From: an uncultured Gammaproteobacteria bacterium
GTDB lineage: Bacteria; Pseudomonadota; Gammaproteobacteria; UBA9214
Length of the DNA: 64,000 bases
Assembly: GCA_963748215.1 (NCBI GenBank)
Contig: CAVVHS010000002.1
Location: forward strand, 160,001-224,000
Direction of reading: 5' to 3'
A program made the position numbers and the translations under genes. The notes beneath the pieces were generated by a model. That model did not search any database. It was not told the origin of the DNA and was given only the letters and a program-made list of their open reading frames with translations. Each line of letters starts with the position of its first letter. The stretch's first letter is position 1. Of this stretch, positions 8,872 through 19,687 are shown in pieces.

Positions 8872-9609
8872 ATGAGCAACAAGGACACGATTGGCCGGCA
8901 GTTCATGCATCACGGCATGCTGCCGCAGGACGACGCGCAGCTCACTCGCGAATCGTGGAAGATCTTCCAGATCATGGCTGAATTCGTCGAGGGCTTCGAA
9001 CGCCTTGCCCATATCCGGCCCTCGGTCAGCCTGTTCGGCTCGGCACGCACCCCGGCCGACCACCCCTGGTACCGGCAGGCCGAGGCGATCGCGCTTGCCC
9101 TGTCGAATGCCGGCTTCGCGGTCGTCAGCGGCGGCGGCCCGGGCATCATGGAAGCCGCCAACAAGGGTGCCTTCCATGGCAAGTCACCGAGCATCGGCCT
9201 GAATATCCAGCTGCCGCATGAACAGGTGGGCAACCCCTACCAGAACATCGCCCTAAATTTCCGGCACTTTTTCTCGCGCAAGGTGATGTTCGTGAAATAT
9301 GCCTCGGCCTACGTGGTGTGCCCGGGCGGTTTCGGCACGCTGGACGAACTGGCCGAGATTCTTACCCTGGTACAGACCGGCAAGACCCGTCGCATTCCCA
9401 TCATCCTGGTCGGCAGCGACTACTGGCAGGGGCTGATCGACTGGTTTCGCGACACGCTGGTTACGGCCGGCACCATTGCGGCCGATGACCTGAAACTGTG
9501 CCAGGTTATCGATACACCGGAGGACGTGGTCAATGCCATTTTCGATTATTATGAACACAAGGGCTTCGAACCGTCCGAACAGGAACGGGAAAAGCTGCTG
9601 GATCTGTAG
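8872..9609 (+). CDS. LOG family (TIGR00730-type) nucleotide phosphoribohydrolase
   Basis: GGGPGIMEA, RK and PGGFGTLDE motifs. Confidence 0.9.
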   Translation: MSNKDTIGRQFMHHGMLPQDDAQLTRESWKIFQIMAEFVEGFERLAHIRPSVSLFGSARTPADHPWYRQAEAIALALSNAGFAVVSGGGPGIMEAANKGAFHGKSPSIGLNIQLPHEQVGNPYQNIALNFRHFFSRKVMFVKYASAYVVCPGGFGTLDELAEILTLVQTGKTRRIPIILVGSDYWQGLIDWFRDTLVTAGTIAADDLKLCQVIDTPEDVVNAIFDYYEHKGFEPSEQEREKLLDL

Positions 9610-9616
9610 GACAACC

Positions 9617-9949
9617 ATGATGCATAAAATGATAGCCATACTGTTATTTACGCTTGCGCTGCCGGCCTATGCCGGCGATGCGGCACCCGAACCCGCGCCC
9701 GAGACCACGCCGCTGCCATCGACCGGCCTGGAAGAGGATATGCAGCCCGAGGTCAGCATCATCAAGCGCGACGACGCCGTGGTGCGTGAATACCGGGTCA
9801 ACGGCGCACTCTACATGATCAGGGTCGAACCGATAGTCGGCCCGGCCTACTATCTGATCGATACCACCGGTGATGGCGACCTCAACGCACGTCGCAGCGA
9901 ACTCGATCCGGCCTTCGTGGTACCGAGCTGGATGATTTTCAGGTGGTGA
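9617..9949 (+). CDS. DUF2782-like exported protein
   Basis: Signal peptide, PEVSII...EYRVNGALYMIRVEP..GPAYYLID..GDG, C-terminal W-x-x-F-x-W. Confidence 0.8.
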   Translation: MMHKMIAILLFTLALPAYAGDAAPEPAPETTPLPSTGLEEDMQPEVSIIKRDDAVVREYRVNGALYMIRVEPIVGPAYYLIDTTGDGDLNARRSELDPAFVVPSWMIFRW

Positions 9950-10187
9950 TTCCCGCCACACCAGACGCCGGGCGCTAGGCATGTCCGGTGTTACCCGCGC
10001 CGGGTGCGACGGGCTCGTGGTCCCGTATTTCCGGCGCGCGCACCTGCATGACTGGCATTTGCTGCGCCCGGGAGAAATCATCGCGGCGCAAGGACCGGGG
10101 CGTATACCGCCGCATCATCCTGCACCGTCGGCCGGACTACCGCCCTTTGACGATCGCCGAATAACAGGCATGCCTGCCAGCCACGCC

Positions 10188-10739
10188 ATGCTCAACCGCT
10201 TGCAACAGCTTGCCCGCGTACTGGACGGCTTCGCCGAACTGACCGGCCGCGCTGTGTCATGGCTGACGCTGGTCATGGTCGCCGTCACGTTCACGGTCGT
10301 GGTATTGCGCTATGCGTTCGACATCGGCTCGATCGCGCTGCAGGAGTCGATCACCTACCTGCATGCCGCGGTGTTCATGCTGTGCGCAGCCTACACGCTG
10401 AAACACGATGCCCACGTGCGCGTCGATATCTTCTACCAGCGCTGGTCGCCGCGCGGTCGCGCCTGGGTCGACCTGCTGGGCACGCTGTTACTGCTGGCAC
10501 CGGTTTGCATCCTGATCATTGTCGCCAGCGTCGATTACGTTTCCTCGTCCTGGTCGATTCACGAGGGTTCGCGCGAGGCCGGCGGCCTGGACGGCGTGTA
10601 CATTCTCAAGACCGCCATTCCACTGATGGCGGCATTGCTGTTGCTGCAGGGTTGCGCGCTGGCCATCCACAGCCTGCTCACCCTTACCGGCCATACCGAA
10701 CCACCCGCGCCGGACACCGGCATTGACCGTGAGTTGTAG
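10188..10739 (+). CDS. TRAP transporter small permease (DctQ)
   Basis: Four TM segments, VVLRY and HVRVDIFY motifs. Confidence 0.9.
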   Translation: MLNRLQQLARVLDGFAELTGRAVSWLTLVMVAVTFTVVVLRYAFDIGSIALQESITYLHAAVFMLCAAYTLKHDAHVRVDIFYQRWSPRGRAWVDLLGTLLLLAPVCILIIVASVDYVSSSWSIHEGSREAGGLDGVYILKTAIPLMAALLLLQGCALAIHSLLTLTGHTEPPAPDTGIDREL

Positions 10740-10823
10740 TACCGTGCACCGCGTGCGTCATCATCGCCGCGATTACACTGGCGGTACCGGTGCGAAGCCG
10801 CGAACGGCGCAGGCTTGCCCGGC

Positions 10824-12206
10824 ATGACCGAATTCATTCCCCTGTTGCTGTTTCTGATCGTCTGCCTGGTGTTGATGGCAGGCTACCCGGTCGCGCTGTC
10901 GCTGGCCGGCACGGCATTGATATTTGCCTTTGTCGGCGAACTGAATGGCCTGTTTGATATCAGCTTTCTGAATGCACTGCCGTTGCGGCTGTACGGCATC
11001 ATGACCAATGTCACGCTGATCGCGGTGCCGCTGTTCGTGTTCATGGGCATCATGCTGGAACGTTCGCGCGTGGCGGAAAATCTGCTCGAGACCATGGCCG
11101 CACTGTTCGGCCGGCTGCGTGGCGGGCTGGGATTTTCGGTAACACTGGTCGGCATGCTGCTGGCCGCCAGCACCGGCATCGTGGGCGCGACCGTCGTCAC
11201 CATGGGGCTGCTGGCGCTGCCGACCATGCTGCGGCGCGGCTATGACCCGCGCATCGCCAGCGGCGTGATCTGCGCATCCGGCACACTCGGCCAGATCATT
11301 CCGCCGTCCATCGTACTGGTGCTGCTCGGTGACGTGCTGTCGAGCGCTCACCAGCAGGCGCAGCTGGATATGGGATCGTACTCGCCGGACACGGTATCGG
11401 TCGGCGACCTGTTCACCGGCGCATTACTGCCCGGCTTGCTGCTCGTGGCCCTTTACATGTTCTATATCGGCTTCGTTGCCTGGACACGCCCGCACAGCAT
11501 GCCGGCATTGCCGGCGGACGATGCCACGCTCGACAGTGGTCTCGCCGGGCGCGTGATCAAGGGACTGTTGCCGCCGGTGATACTGATAGTGGCCGTACTC
11601 GGCTCCATCCTCGGTGGCATCGCCACGCCGACCGAAGCGGCAGCGGTCGGCGCCGTCGGTGCCATACTGCTTGCGCTGGCAAAGGGCCAGTGCAGCCTGC
11701 GGGTGCTGCGCGAGGTCATGCTGGGCACGACCCGCGTCACCTGCATGGTATTCCTGATCCTGGTCGGTGCCTCGGTGTTCTCGCTGGTGTTTCGCGGCTT
11801 CGGCGGCGACGTCATGGTCGCCGACCTGCTGAGCGATCTGCCGGGCGGTACATTGGGCGCCTTGCTCGCGGTCATGCTGCTGATGTTTCTGCTCGGCTTC
11901 GTGCTCGACTTCATCGAGATTATCTTCGTCGTGGTACCGATCGTCGGCCCCGTCCTGCTCGGCATGGGACTCGACCCGGTCTGGCTGGGCGTCATGATCG
12001 CGCTCAACCTGCAGACCTCGTTCCTGACACCGCCGTTCGGCTTTGCCCTGTTCTACCTGCGCGGCGTGGCCCCGGATTCGGTCAGCACGGCGCAGATCTA
12101 CCGGGGCGTGGTGCCGTTCATCGGCCTGCAGCTGCTGCTGATCCTGTTGCTGGCCTGGTGGCCGGCACTGGCAACCTGGCTGCCGGGTGTCGTGTACGCG
12201 AACTGA
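10824..12206 (+). CDS. TRAP transporter large permease (DctM)
   Basis: AVPLF, GTLGQIIPPS, ATPTEAA and FLTPPFG motifs; highly hydrophobic. Confidence 0.93.
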   Translation: MTEFIPLLLFLIVCLVLMAGYPVALSLAGTALIFAFVGELNGLFDISFLNALPLRLYGIMTNVTLIAVPLFVFMGIMLERSRVAENLLETMAALFGRLRGGLGFSVTLVGMLLAASTGIVGATVVTMGLLALPTMLRRGYDPRIASGVICASGTLGQIIPPSIVLVLLGDVLSSAHQQAQLDMGSYSPDTVSVGDLFTGALLPGLLLVALYMFYIGFVAWTRPHSMPALPADDATLDSGLAGRVIKGLLPPVILIVAVLGSILGGIATPTEAAAVGAVGAILLALAKGQCSLRVLREVMLGTTRVTCMVFLILVGASVFSLVFRGFGGDVMVADLLSDLPGGTLGALLAVMLLMFLLGFVLDFIEIIFVVVPIVGPVLLGMGLDPVWLGVMIALNLQTSFLTPPFGFALFYLRGVAPDSVSTAQIYRGVVPFIGLQLLLILLLAWWPALATWLPGVVYAN

Positions 12207-12286
12207 ACATTCGCGGAATCTGGCAGTTCTGCCTGCTTCGTGCGATTATTGATGGCAATTGGAAACGCCAAACCGGGTCAACGGAA

Positions 12287-12850
12287 ATGTCGACATCACG
12301 CCTCCTGCTCATCTCGTTGCTGCTGCTGTTTCAGCCGCTGCATGCCGGCGCGACGGACCGGCCGTTGATCAATGCCGCGGCAATCGCATTCGGCGAAAGT
12401 GATGATTCCGATGAAAGCGACGTCTATCGTGTCAGCTTCCAGAAAAAATGGCGCCACAGCTGGTTCGATGGCGGCGCATGGTTCCTGGGTGGTTACTGGG
12501 ATACCGGGCTCACCCGCATAAAGGCCGACAGCGGACATACCGACACGGTGTACGACATCAACCTGACACCGGTCTTTCGCTACCAGCGTGATGCCGGCCT
12601 GTCCAGCGGCGTAACGCCGTTTGCCGAGGCAGGCTTCGGCCTGCACCTGCTGACGGACACCCATGTCGGCAACAACAAACTGTCCACGGCATTCCAGTTC
12701 GGTTCACTTATCGGGGTCGGGGTCGGCTTCGGCGAGCACGGCCAGTATGAACTGACCTACCAGTACACGAACCTGACCAATGCCGACATCAAGAAACCGA
12801 ACGACGGTTTCGATGCTCACCTGTTCAAGCTGGGCTACAACTTCTACTAG
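12287..12850 (+). CDS. PagL-like (acyloxyacyl hydrolase family) outer-membrane beta-barrel
   Basis: Signal peptide, LTPVFRY, PFAEAGFG, LSTAFQF, xxNADIKKPNDG and terminal aromatic residue. The catalytic H-x-S is replaced by N-x-T. Confidence 0.8.
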   Translation: MSTSRLLLISLLLLFQPLHAGATDRPLINAAAIAFGESDDSDESDVYRVSFQKKWRHSWFDGGAWFLGGYWDTGLTRIKADSGHTDTVYDINLTPVFRYQRDAGLSSGVTPFAEAGFGLHLLTDTHVGNNKLSTAFQFGSLIGVGVGFGEHGQYELTYQYTNLTNADIKKPNDGFDAHLFKLGYNFY

Positions 12851-12886
12851 CCGCCACCGGAAGCACCGCACAAGTCACTGCACGCA

Positions 12887-13981
12887 CTATCCCATGCGCA
12901 CGTTCATGTAGGCGCGCTCCGATATGTCGGTCCAGCTCATCACCTGACGCTGGAACGCGCGATAGGAATCGAACACCTTCGCCGACAGTGCATCCTTGCC
13001 GGCGATTTCGGCGACCACCTGCTCCGACAAGTCACGCAGACGCATCAGCACGCTGCCCGGAAATTCCCTGACATCGACGTTATGTTCATTGATCAGCGAC
13101 TGCAGCGCGGCGTTGTTGCGTGCCGTGTATTCGGCCAGCATGTCGCCGTTCACCACGCGGCAGGCATTCATGACAATGCTTTGCAGATCCGCTGGCAGGC
13201 TGTCGAAAGCGGCCTGGTTGACGAGACATTCCAGCGTGGTGCCTGGCTCGTGCCAGCCGGGGTAATAATAGTATTTCGCTGCCTTGTACAGGCCAAATGC
13301 CAGGTCGTTGTAGGGGCCGACCCACTCGGTGGCGTCGATCGCGCCTGATTGCAAGGAGGTAAAGATATCACTGCCCGGCATGCTCACCGGCGTGCCGCCG
13401 GCACGCTTCAGCACCTCGCCGCCAAGCCCCGGGATACGCATCTTCAGGCCGTTCAGATCATCGAGTGAATTGATTTCACGGTTGAACCAGCCGCCCATCT
13501 GGATACCGGAGTTGCCGGCCGCGAACGGCAGCACGCCGAATGGAGCGTACACCTCGCGCCACAATTGCATACCGCCACCGTAAAACAGCCAGGCATTCAT
13601 TTCCTGTGCGTTCATGCCGAAAGGCACGGCCGCGAAGAACTGCGCCGCCTCGCTCTTGCCCTTCCAGTAATATGCCGCGCCGTGGCCCATCTCCGCCGTG
13701 CCGCTGGCCACCGCGTCGAACACCTCGAAGGACGGTACCAGCTCGTTGTCGCCGTATACGGTGACCTTGATGCGGCCGCCACTCATCTCGGTGATCAGCC
13801 GCGCGACATTGCTGGCTCCGGTGCCGAGGCCGGGAAAGTTCTTCGGCCAGGTGGTGACCATCTTCCAGTGCACCACCTTGTTCGTCACGGCAGGCATCGT
13901 CGCCGTGCCCGTTTCATCCGGCCCGCAACCGGTCAGCACCAGGCCGGCACCGGCGGCACCCAGGAAATCACGTCGTTTCAT
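12887..13981 (-). CDS. TRAP substrate-binding protein (DctP, TakP-like)
   Basis: Twin-arginine KRRDFL leader, WKMVTTWP, QMGGWFN, GLKMRIPG, IDATEWVGP and YYYPGWHEP motifs. Confidence 0.92.
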   Translation of the reverse strand: MKRRDFLGAAGAGLVLTGCGPDETGTATMPAVTNKVVHWKMVTTWPKNFPGLGTGASNVARLITEMSGGRIKVTVYGDNELVPSFEVFDAVASGTAEMGHGAAYYWKGKSEAAQFFAAVPFGMNAQEMNAWLFYGGGMQLWREVYAPFGVLPFAAGNSGIQMGGWFNREINSLDDLNGLKMRIPGLGGEVLKRAGGTPVSMPGSDIFTSLQSGAIDATEWVGPYNDLAFGLYKAAKYYYYPGWHEPGTTLECLVNQAAFDSLPADLQSIVMNACRVVNGDMLAEYTARNNAALQSLINEHNVDVREFPGSVLMRLRDLSEQVVAEIAGKDALSAKVFDSYRAFQRQVMSWTDISERAYMNVRMG

Positions 13982-14240
13982 AACGGCCTCTCGATATTTG
14001 TTTGGCGGTCATTGTACGTGGGATGAACGGAATGCGCCTGCGCACGGTAACCGGCCGCGCCCAACACGGACCCGGTCGTCTCAGTTATTAGTCTTGATGT
14101 AACGGGTAGTTATGGAATACTATTCATCAAACGCTTCCAGTATTAAGGCTAGCGCACTAATTCCAAGAAAAATAATATTGGCGAATGCACCAACCGGACG
14201 GCGCACGCGTGCCAGCACGAGGGGAGTACCGGACAGCACC

Positions 14241-17117
14241 ATGTTGACTGAACTCAACCGCATCCGTGCACGTTTCATCAGCCTGATCCTGCTTGGCCTG
14301 CTCATCGCGCCAGCGGCGGGCATCGCCAGCGCGCTGCTGTTCGACCTGATCACCCCGGACGCACTGCAGCACAGCCGCGTCGTGTTCGTCATGGCCACCT
14401 TCGTGCTGCTCATGACCACTTGGGCAGGAGTTCATTTCTCTCGATATTTCAGCAAGTTGCCTAAGAACTTGCGGCCCGGCAGGGGCTCAGGCGAACTCTC
14501 GTACGCGCACCAGCGCCGGCTGACGCGCTTTGGTCGTGACTACTGGGGCCTGTTCCTTATCTATGCCCTGACCCTCCCGCCGCTGCTGTTCATTGCGATA
14601 CAAAAACCGCTGGTCGCCGAACTTGGGCATTTCCTGCAATTGCTGCTGCTGCAGCTGTCGGTGGTCGCGCTGGTCGGACTGCCCACCTACCAGCTCGCGC
14701 TGGCACAGATCGAGAAACTCGCTGGCCATTTCAGCCTGCAACAGGTACACGGCAGCCTGAAATCGAAACTGTTGCTGATGGGCGGCTTCGTACCGTTGCT
14801 GTGCTACACGGTGCTGATGAATTACCAGTGGCAGAAGACCGGCAACCTGACACCGGACCACATGGCCATCTGGTTGACGCTGGTGTGCATCACCGGTCTT
14901 GTCACCCTCTTCGCGGTGCGCAGCGTGACCCAGTCACTGCAACCGATCCAGGAACTTATCACGCGCAGCGGCGCCACACGCCACACGGACCTGGGACGAC
15001 TGCGGCCGCGGTCTACCGACGAGATCGGTTTTGTCACGCAGGTCATGGGCAAACTGTTCCGCCAGCTCGGCGAGCAGGAGTCGCACATGCGCGCCGTGGT
15101 CGAGACCGCCGCCGAGGGCATCATCGTGGTGAACGGCAAGGCCAAGGTCCACACCTTTAACCCGGCGGCGGAAAAACTGTTCGGCTGCAGCGCGGCCGAT
15201 ATCCGGCAGCGCTCCCTGCAGCCGCTGCTGCCGGAGCTGTTCGATGCAGAACACAACATCCGGCTGGTGGCCGGCGAGCGCGAAATGGATGGATGGCACC
15301 GCAACGGTACCGCGGTGCAGATGTCGGTCCGTGTCAGCCCCATGCGCAGCAACGGTGAACGCCTGTATACCTGCATGGTATCGGACATCACACGGCGCAA
15401 GGCCATGGAACAGCAGCTGCGAGACGCCGAGTGCCGTTACCGTGACCTGGTGGAGACGGCGCACGACATGGTCTGGACCATGGACACGGAAGGTCGGCTG
15501 ACCTACGTCAACCGCGCCTGCACCGGCATCTATGGCTACACACCCGGCGAGATGCAGCAGCGCCACCTGCACGAATTCCGCTCCCCGGATCACCCGCCCG
15601 CCGACCGCGAGGCGATCGATGCCCTGCTGGCCGGCGAGGACACGGTGCAGTTCGAGACCGTGCACCTGGACAACGAGAACAGGCCGCACTTCCTGAGTTT
15701 CAGCGCACGCTCGCACAGGAATGCCGACGGCAAGGTCGAGCGTATCAGCGGCACCACGCGCGACATCACCGAGCAGAAGGCGTTCCAGCACCAGCTTTCC
15801 TACAACGCCGAACACGATCCGCTGACCGGCATGTTCAATCGCAATTATTTCCAGGAAGAGCTGGAACGCACCGTGGCGCGCTCCGCGCGCAACGGTACGT
15901 CCTGTGCGCTGTTCTTCGTCGATCTCGACCAGTTCAAGTACATAAACGACACGCTGGGGCATGCCGCCGGCGATCGTCTGCTGGTGGACATCGCCGCACT
16001 GCTGTCCATGCACGTGCGTGACGGCGACCTGCTGGCGCGCTTCGGTGGCGACGAGTTCACGCTGCTGCTCTACAACATTGGCAAGCGCGACGTGCTGCGT
16101 GCCGCGGAAAATTTCCGCGCGCTGTGCGACGACTACCGCTTCAACGTCGACGACAAATCGTGGAACGTCAGCGCAAGTATCGGCATCGCCATGATCGACC
16201 GGCACACCACCTCCGCAGAGGAAGTGCTTTCGCATGCCGACCTCGCCTGCAATATGGCCAAGCAGCAGGGCCGTAACCGTGTCAATCTCTACAATCCGGC
16301 CGACCTCGGCAAGGCTGACATGCAGGCCGACATGAGCTGGGCGACGCAGGTGCGTGACATGCTCGAACACGATCGTTTCCAGCTGGTCTACCAGCCGATT
16401 GTCAGCACCGACGACGGCGAGGTGCTGGATTACGAGGTTCTGGTGCGCATGGTATGCGACGACGGCCAGGTCATCCTGCCAGGCGGTTTCATGCCCGCAG
16501 CGGAACGCTTCGGCCTGATCCACAGCGTCGACCGCTGGATCGTGCGCCGCGCTATCCAGGAACTCGCCGCCTTGCACGTCAGCGGCCAGCGCATCAGCTT
16601 CTCCATCAACCTCTCCGGCAAGGCCTTCGAGGACGAGACCCTGCTGCCGATGATCCAGGCACTACTCGACGACAGCGGCCTCGATCCGACCTGGGTCACC
16701 TTCGAGATCACCGAGACCGCGGCCATCGCCAACCTCGCCGCGGCGGAGACCTTCATTTCGGCGCTCAAGGACATTGGCTGCCAGTTCGCGCTGGATGACT
16801 TCGGGTCCGGCTTCTCCTCGTTTGCCTACCTGAAGCACCTGCCGGTCGACAAGCTCAAGATCGACGGCGCCTTCGTAAAGGGCATGGCGCACAGTTCGGT
16901 CGACCAGGCCATGGTGGAATCCATGAACCAGGTCGCGCACGCGCTGGGCAAGCAGACCGTCGCCGAGTGCGTCGAAAACGGCGAGACGCTGAAGATCCTC
17001 AGGGAAATGGGTGTCGACCGCGCCCAGGGCAACTACATCGGCCCGCCGCACGCGGCCCCCGCTGCGTTCACGCAACCCACGCCAGCAGTCGGCAGCGTGG
17101 CATCACTCACGCATTGA
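14241..17117 (+). CDS. Membrane-bound PAS-PAS-GGDEF-EAL c-di-GMP signalling protein
   Basis: N-terminal TMs, HAMP-like DEIG, two PAS/PAC domains, RDGD I-site, intact GGDEF, EVL and DDFGSG motifs. Confidence 0.93.
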   Translation: MLTELNRIRARFISLILLGLLIAPAAGIASALLFDLITPDALQHSRVVFVMATFVLLMTTWAGVHFSRYFSKLPKNLRPGRGSGELSYAHQRRLTRFGRDYWGLFLIYALTLPPLLFIAIQKPLVAELGHFLQLLLLQLSVVALVGLPTYQLALAQIEKLAGHFSLQQVHGSLKSKLLLMGGFVPLLCYTVLMNYQWQKTGNLTPDHMAIWLTLVCITGLVTLFAVRSVTQSLQPIQELITRSGATRHTDLGRLRPRSTDEIGFVTQVMGKLFRQLGEQESHMRAVVETAAEGIIVVNGKAKVHTFNPAAEKLFGCSAADIRQRSLQPLLPELFDAEHNIRLVAGEREMDGWHRNGTAVQMSVRVSPMRSNGERLYTCMVSDITRRKAMEQQLRDAECRYRDLVETAHDMVWTMDTEGRLTYVNRACTGIYGYTPGEMQQRHLHEFRSPDHPPADREAIDALLAGEDTVQFETVHLDNENRPHFLSFSARSHRNADGKVERISGTTRDITEQKAFQHQLSYNAEHDPLTGMFNRNYFQEELERTVARSARNGTSCALFFVDLDQFKYINDTLGHAAGDRLLVDIAALLSMHVRDGDLLARFGGDEFTLLLYNIGKRDVLRAAENFRALCDDYRFNVDDKSWNVSASIGIAMIDRHTTSAEEVLSHADLACNMAKQQGRNRVNLYNPADLGKADMQADMSWATQVRDMLEHDRFQLVYQPIVSTDDGEVLDYEVLVRMVCDDGQVILPGGFMPAAERFGLIHSVDRWIVRRAIQELAALHVSGQRISFSINLSGKAFEDETLLPMIQALLDDSGLDPTWVTFEITETAAIANLAAAETFISALKDIGCQFALDDFGSGFSSFAYLKHLPVDKLKIDGAFVKGMAHSSVDQAMVESMNQVAHALGKQTVAECVENGETLKILREMGVDRAQGNYIGPPHAAPAAFTQPTPAVGSVASLTH

Positions 17118-17274
17118 TTGTCTGCGCGTACCCGCGCCTGTAGCCGGATTTACCAGGCACGGAGAAAAACGGCTGCTTGTCCTGGCCATTCACCGTAAAT
17201 CGAGACGACCCCGGAAGACAACCCTCAGTCGGGGTATGACGGCATGCACGCCATGACTGCTCTCATGCAGCGGA

Positions 17275-18688
17275 TCAGAGGGGCACCAGCTCGGTAATCG
17301 GCGTTGCATTCTTCGCATCGACCTTGCCGTACAGGTCATACAGCGCGGCCTGCAGCGCCTCCTCGATGACCGGATGGTAGAACGGCATCTGCAGTATCCC
17401 GCCAACCGTCATTTCCTGCTGAATGCACCAGGCCAGCAGGTGTCCCAGGTTCTCGCCCTTCGGGCATACCATCTCGGCACCCAGCAGGCGGCCACTGGGC
17501 TTGTCTGCATAGACCCGTATCAGGCCACGATTTTTGGCCATGATCATGGCACGACCCACCGGCCCCATCTGGACCTGTCCGGTGACCGTGCAGTCCGGAT
17601 CGAGGTCGGCAAAGCGGCTGCCGACCACCACGATGTTGGGATCGCAGAAGGTGATGCCGAGTGGCGTCTTTCTCCTGAAGGCCGTCGGCTCGGCGGAAAT
17701 TGCGTTGTAACCGGCGATACGTCCCTCGTCACCGGCCTCATGCAGCACGGGCCGCTCGCCGGTGACATCACCGGCCATATATATCGGGGTGTCGCCGATA
17801 CGCATGGTTCCTCGGTCAAACACCGGAATACCGCGCGCGTCCAGTTCAACACCGATATCTTCCAAGCCCGAGTTTGTCGAGATTGGGTGTGCGGCCCATA
17901 CTGGCAAAGACGCGCTCGACCTCGACTACCTGCTCACCGGCCTTTACGCGCAGCATGCCGTTGCCGGACTCGCTTATATCAGCTGCATGTCCGAGCCACA
18001 GCGGCATCTCCTTGCCAATGACATCGATGGCGGTTCTGTTGACCTCCGGATCACTCAGGCCACCGATCGTATTCAGTTGATCGATACCTGTGACCTCGAG
18101 GCCCATACGCCGCAGCGACTGGCCGATTTCCAGACCGATCACGCCGAGCCCGATGACAGCAAGCGACTGTGGCAGATCCTCCAGCTCGAAGAAATCATCG
18201 GTGGTGATGATACGGTCGCGAAAGGATGCCCAGGCACGCGGCACGAGCGGTCGCGAACCGGTAGCGATGATGATGTGTTCCGCGCATATGCGTTCACCGG
18301 TGTCGATTTCCAGCAGGTTCGCCTCAATGAACCGGGCATAACCCTGAATGAAGTTTTCCACGGGCAGCTTGTCCGTACTATTGGCAAGCACGCGCTCAAC
18401 AAAGATGTCGCGCAAATCCTGCACAAATTCCATCGCCTCCGGGATGCTGAGGCTCATGTCCTCATGCCCCTCGATCCCGTAACGATTGAATACATTGCGA
18501 CGATAAAAATCCTCGGCAACCTGGATTACGGCCTTGGAGGGCATGCAGCCGACACGCGCGCAGGTGGTCCCCAGCTCACCGCCATTGATCAGTACAAACG
18601 ATTTTCCCGAGGGACGCACCTTGCCCAGCGCATACAGTCCGGCACTGCCGGAGCCTATGATGGCGACGTCGACCTTGCGTTCTTTCAC
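17275..18688 (-). CDS. Dihydrolipoamide dehydrogenase-like flavoprotein disulfide reductase, frameshifted at ~17863
   Basis: GSGSAG, TCARVGCMPSK, GLGVIG, AGDV and HPVIEE motifs split over two frames by one extra base. Confidence 0.85.
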
Positions 18689-19096
18689 ATCGACTCCTGA
18701 TGCATGTAATGGGTTACGATGGTGTTCCCGACGGCGTGGCCCTTGCAGACTGGCGCCCCGGACAGGAAGGATAAACACACGCCGGTCGCTTATCCAGCTG
18801 AATAGCCGCATATCTGAAGCAGGATCCGTTATCTGTCAGACCTTGCCGGGAAACACGCCTGCTGCACTGGTCGAGGCACCTGTTCGAATGGTGGAACCTG
18901 CGCCGGCATCGCTAGCGCCATGGCTTCGGGATGCGAGGTGTGACGAGCAGCTGCCGACAGATACGGCGACTTACAGCCAGTCTGGACAGGCAAGTCCGAG
19001 ATTGCCGGAACAAACTGGCCTGGCGTGATTTTCTGAAAAACTGCGATCGGCCATGCACGGATATGGGGAATACGGGTACAGCACCCTTTTCTGCCG

Positions 19097-19687
19097 TTAA
19101 TACGGATCTTTTCCGGATTTCCAGTCTTCGAGTTTCACGATATAGGGCGGCTGGCCGTTGTCAAAGAACCAGGAATCGACCGCATAGCGAATCCCGGTAG
19201 CATTTTCCCGGATCACGGCCGTTGTATGCGGCATTCCGATAAAAATCCCGAAACGTGTCGAACGATCTGCAACAGTGTGAAACCTGAACAATCCATCCCG
19301 CTCCAGCATGCGCAGGTAAGTGTTGGTGTTGGTGGATTCATCGATACAGTCGAGCTGCTTTGGCCTGCCAAAGCCGGCCAGGTTGCCGCCTTTATCTACC
19401 GATGTTCCCAGGTGCACACCGACTGTTTCTTCCAGGATAGCGATTGAATCCGCAATCACCGCGCGCTCCTCTGCCGCGGTATTTGCGTCCCGGGAAAACG
19501 GGGCCGTTGCCCGGCGCCACTCCTCTTCACTAACGGAATCCGTTGCCACGCTGGCACAGGAATGGTTATAACAAATCGAGAACCGTGCCGGCGTGGGCCG
19601 TGTGATGCCGCCAGCCAGTGCAAAGTTATCTGCAGCCAGTGGCATTGCAAGCATGCCGGCCAGAAAAAATATTACTGCCCGTACCAT
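19097..19687 (-). CDS. Exported hypothetical protein with possible Cys-His-Asp triad
   Basis: Signal peptide; DCIDESTN, PHTTAV and YAVDSWF segments. Confidence 0.75.
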   Translation of the reverse strand: MVRAVIFFLAGMLAMPLAADNFALAGGITRPTPARFSICYNHSCASVATDSVSEEEWRRATAPFSRDANTAAEERAVIADSIAILEETVGVHLGTSVDKGGNLAGFGRPKQLDCIDESTNTNTYLRMLERDGLFRFHTVADRSTRFGIFIGMPHTTAVIRENATGIRYAVDSWFFDNGQPPYIVKLEDWKSGKDPY

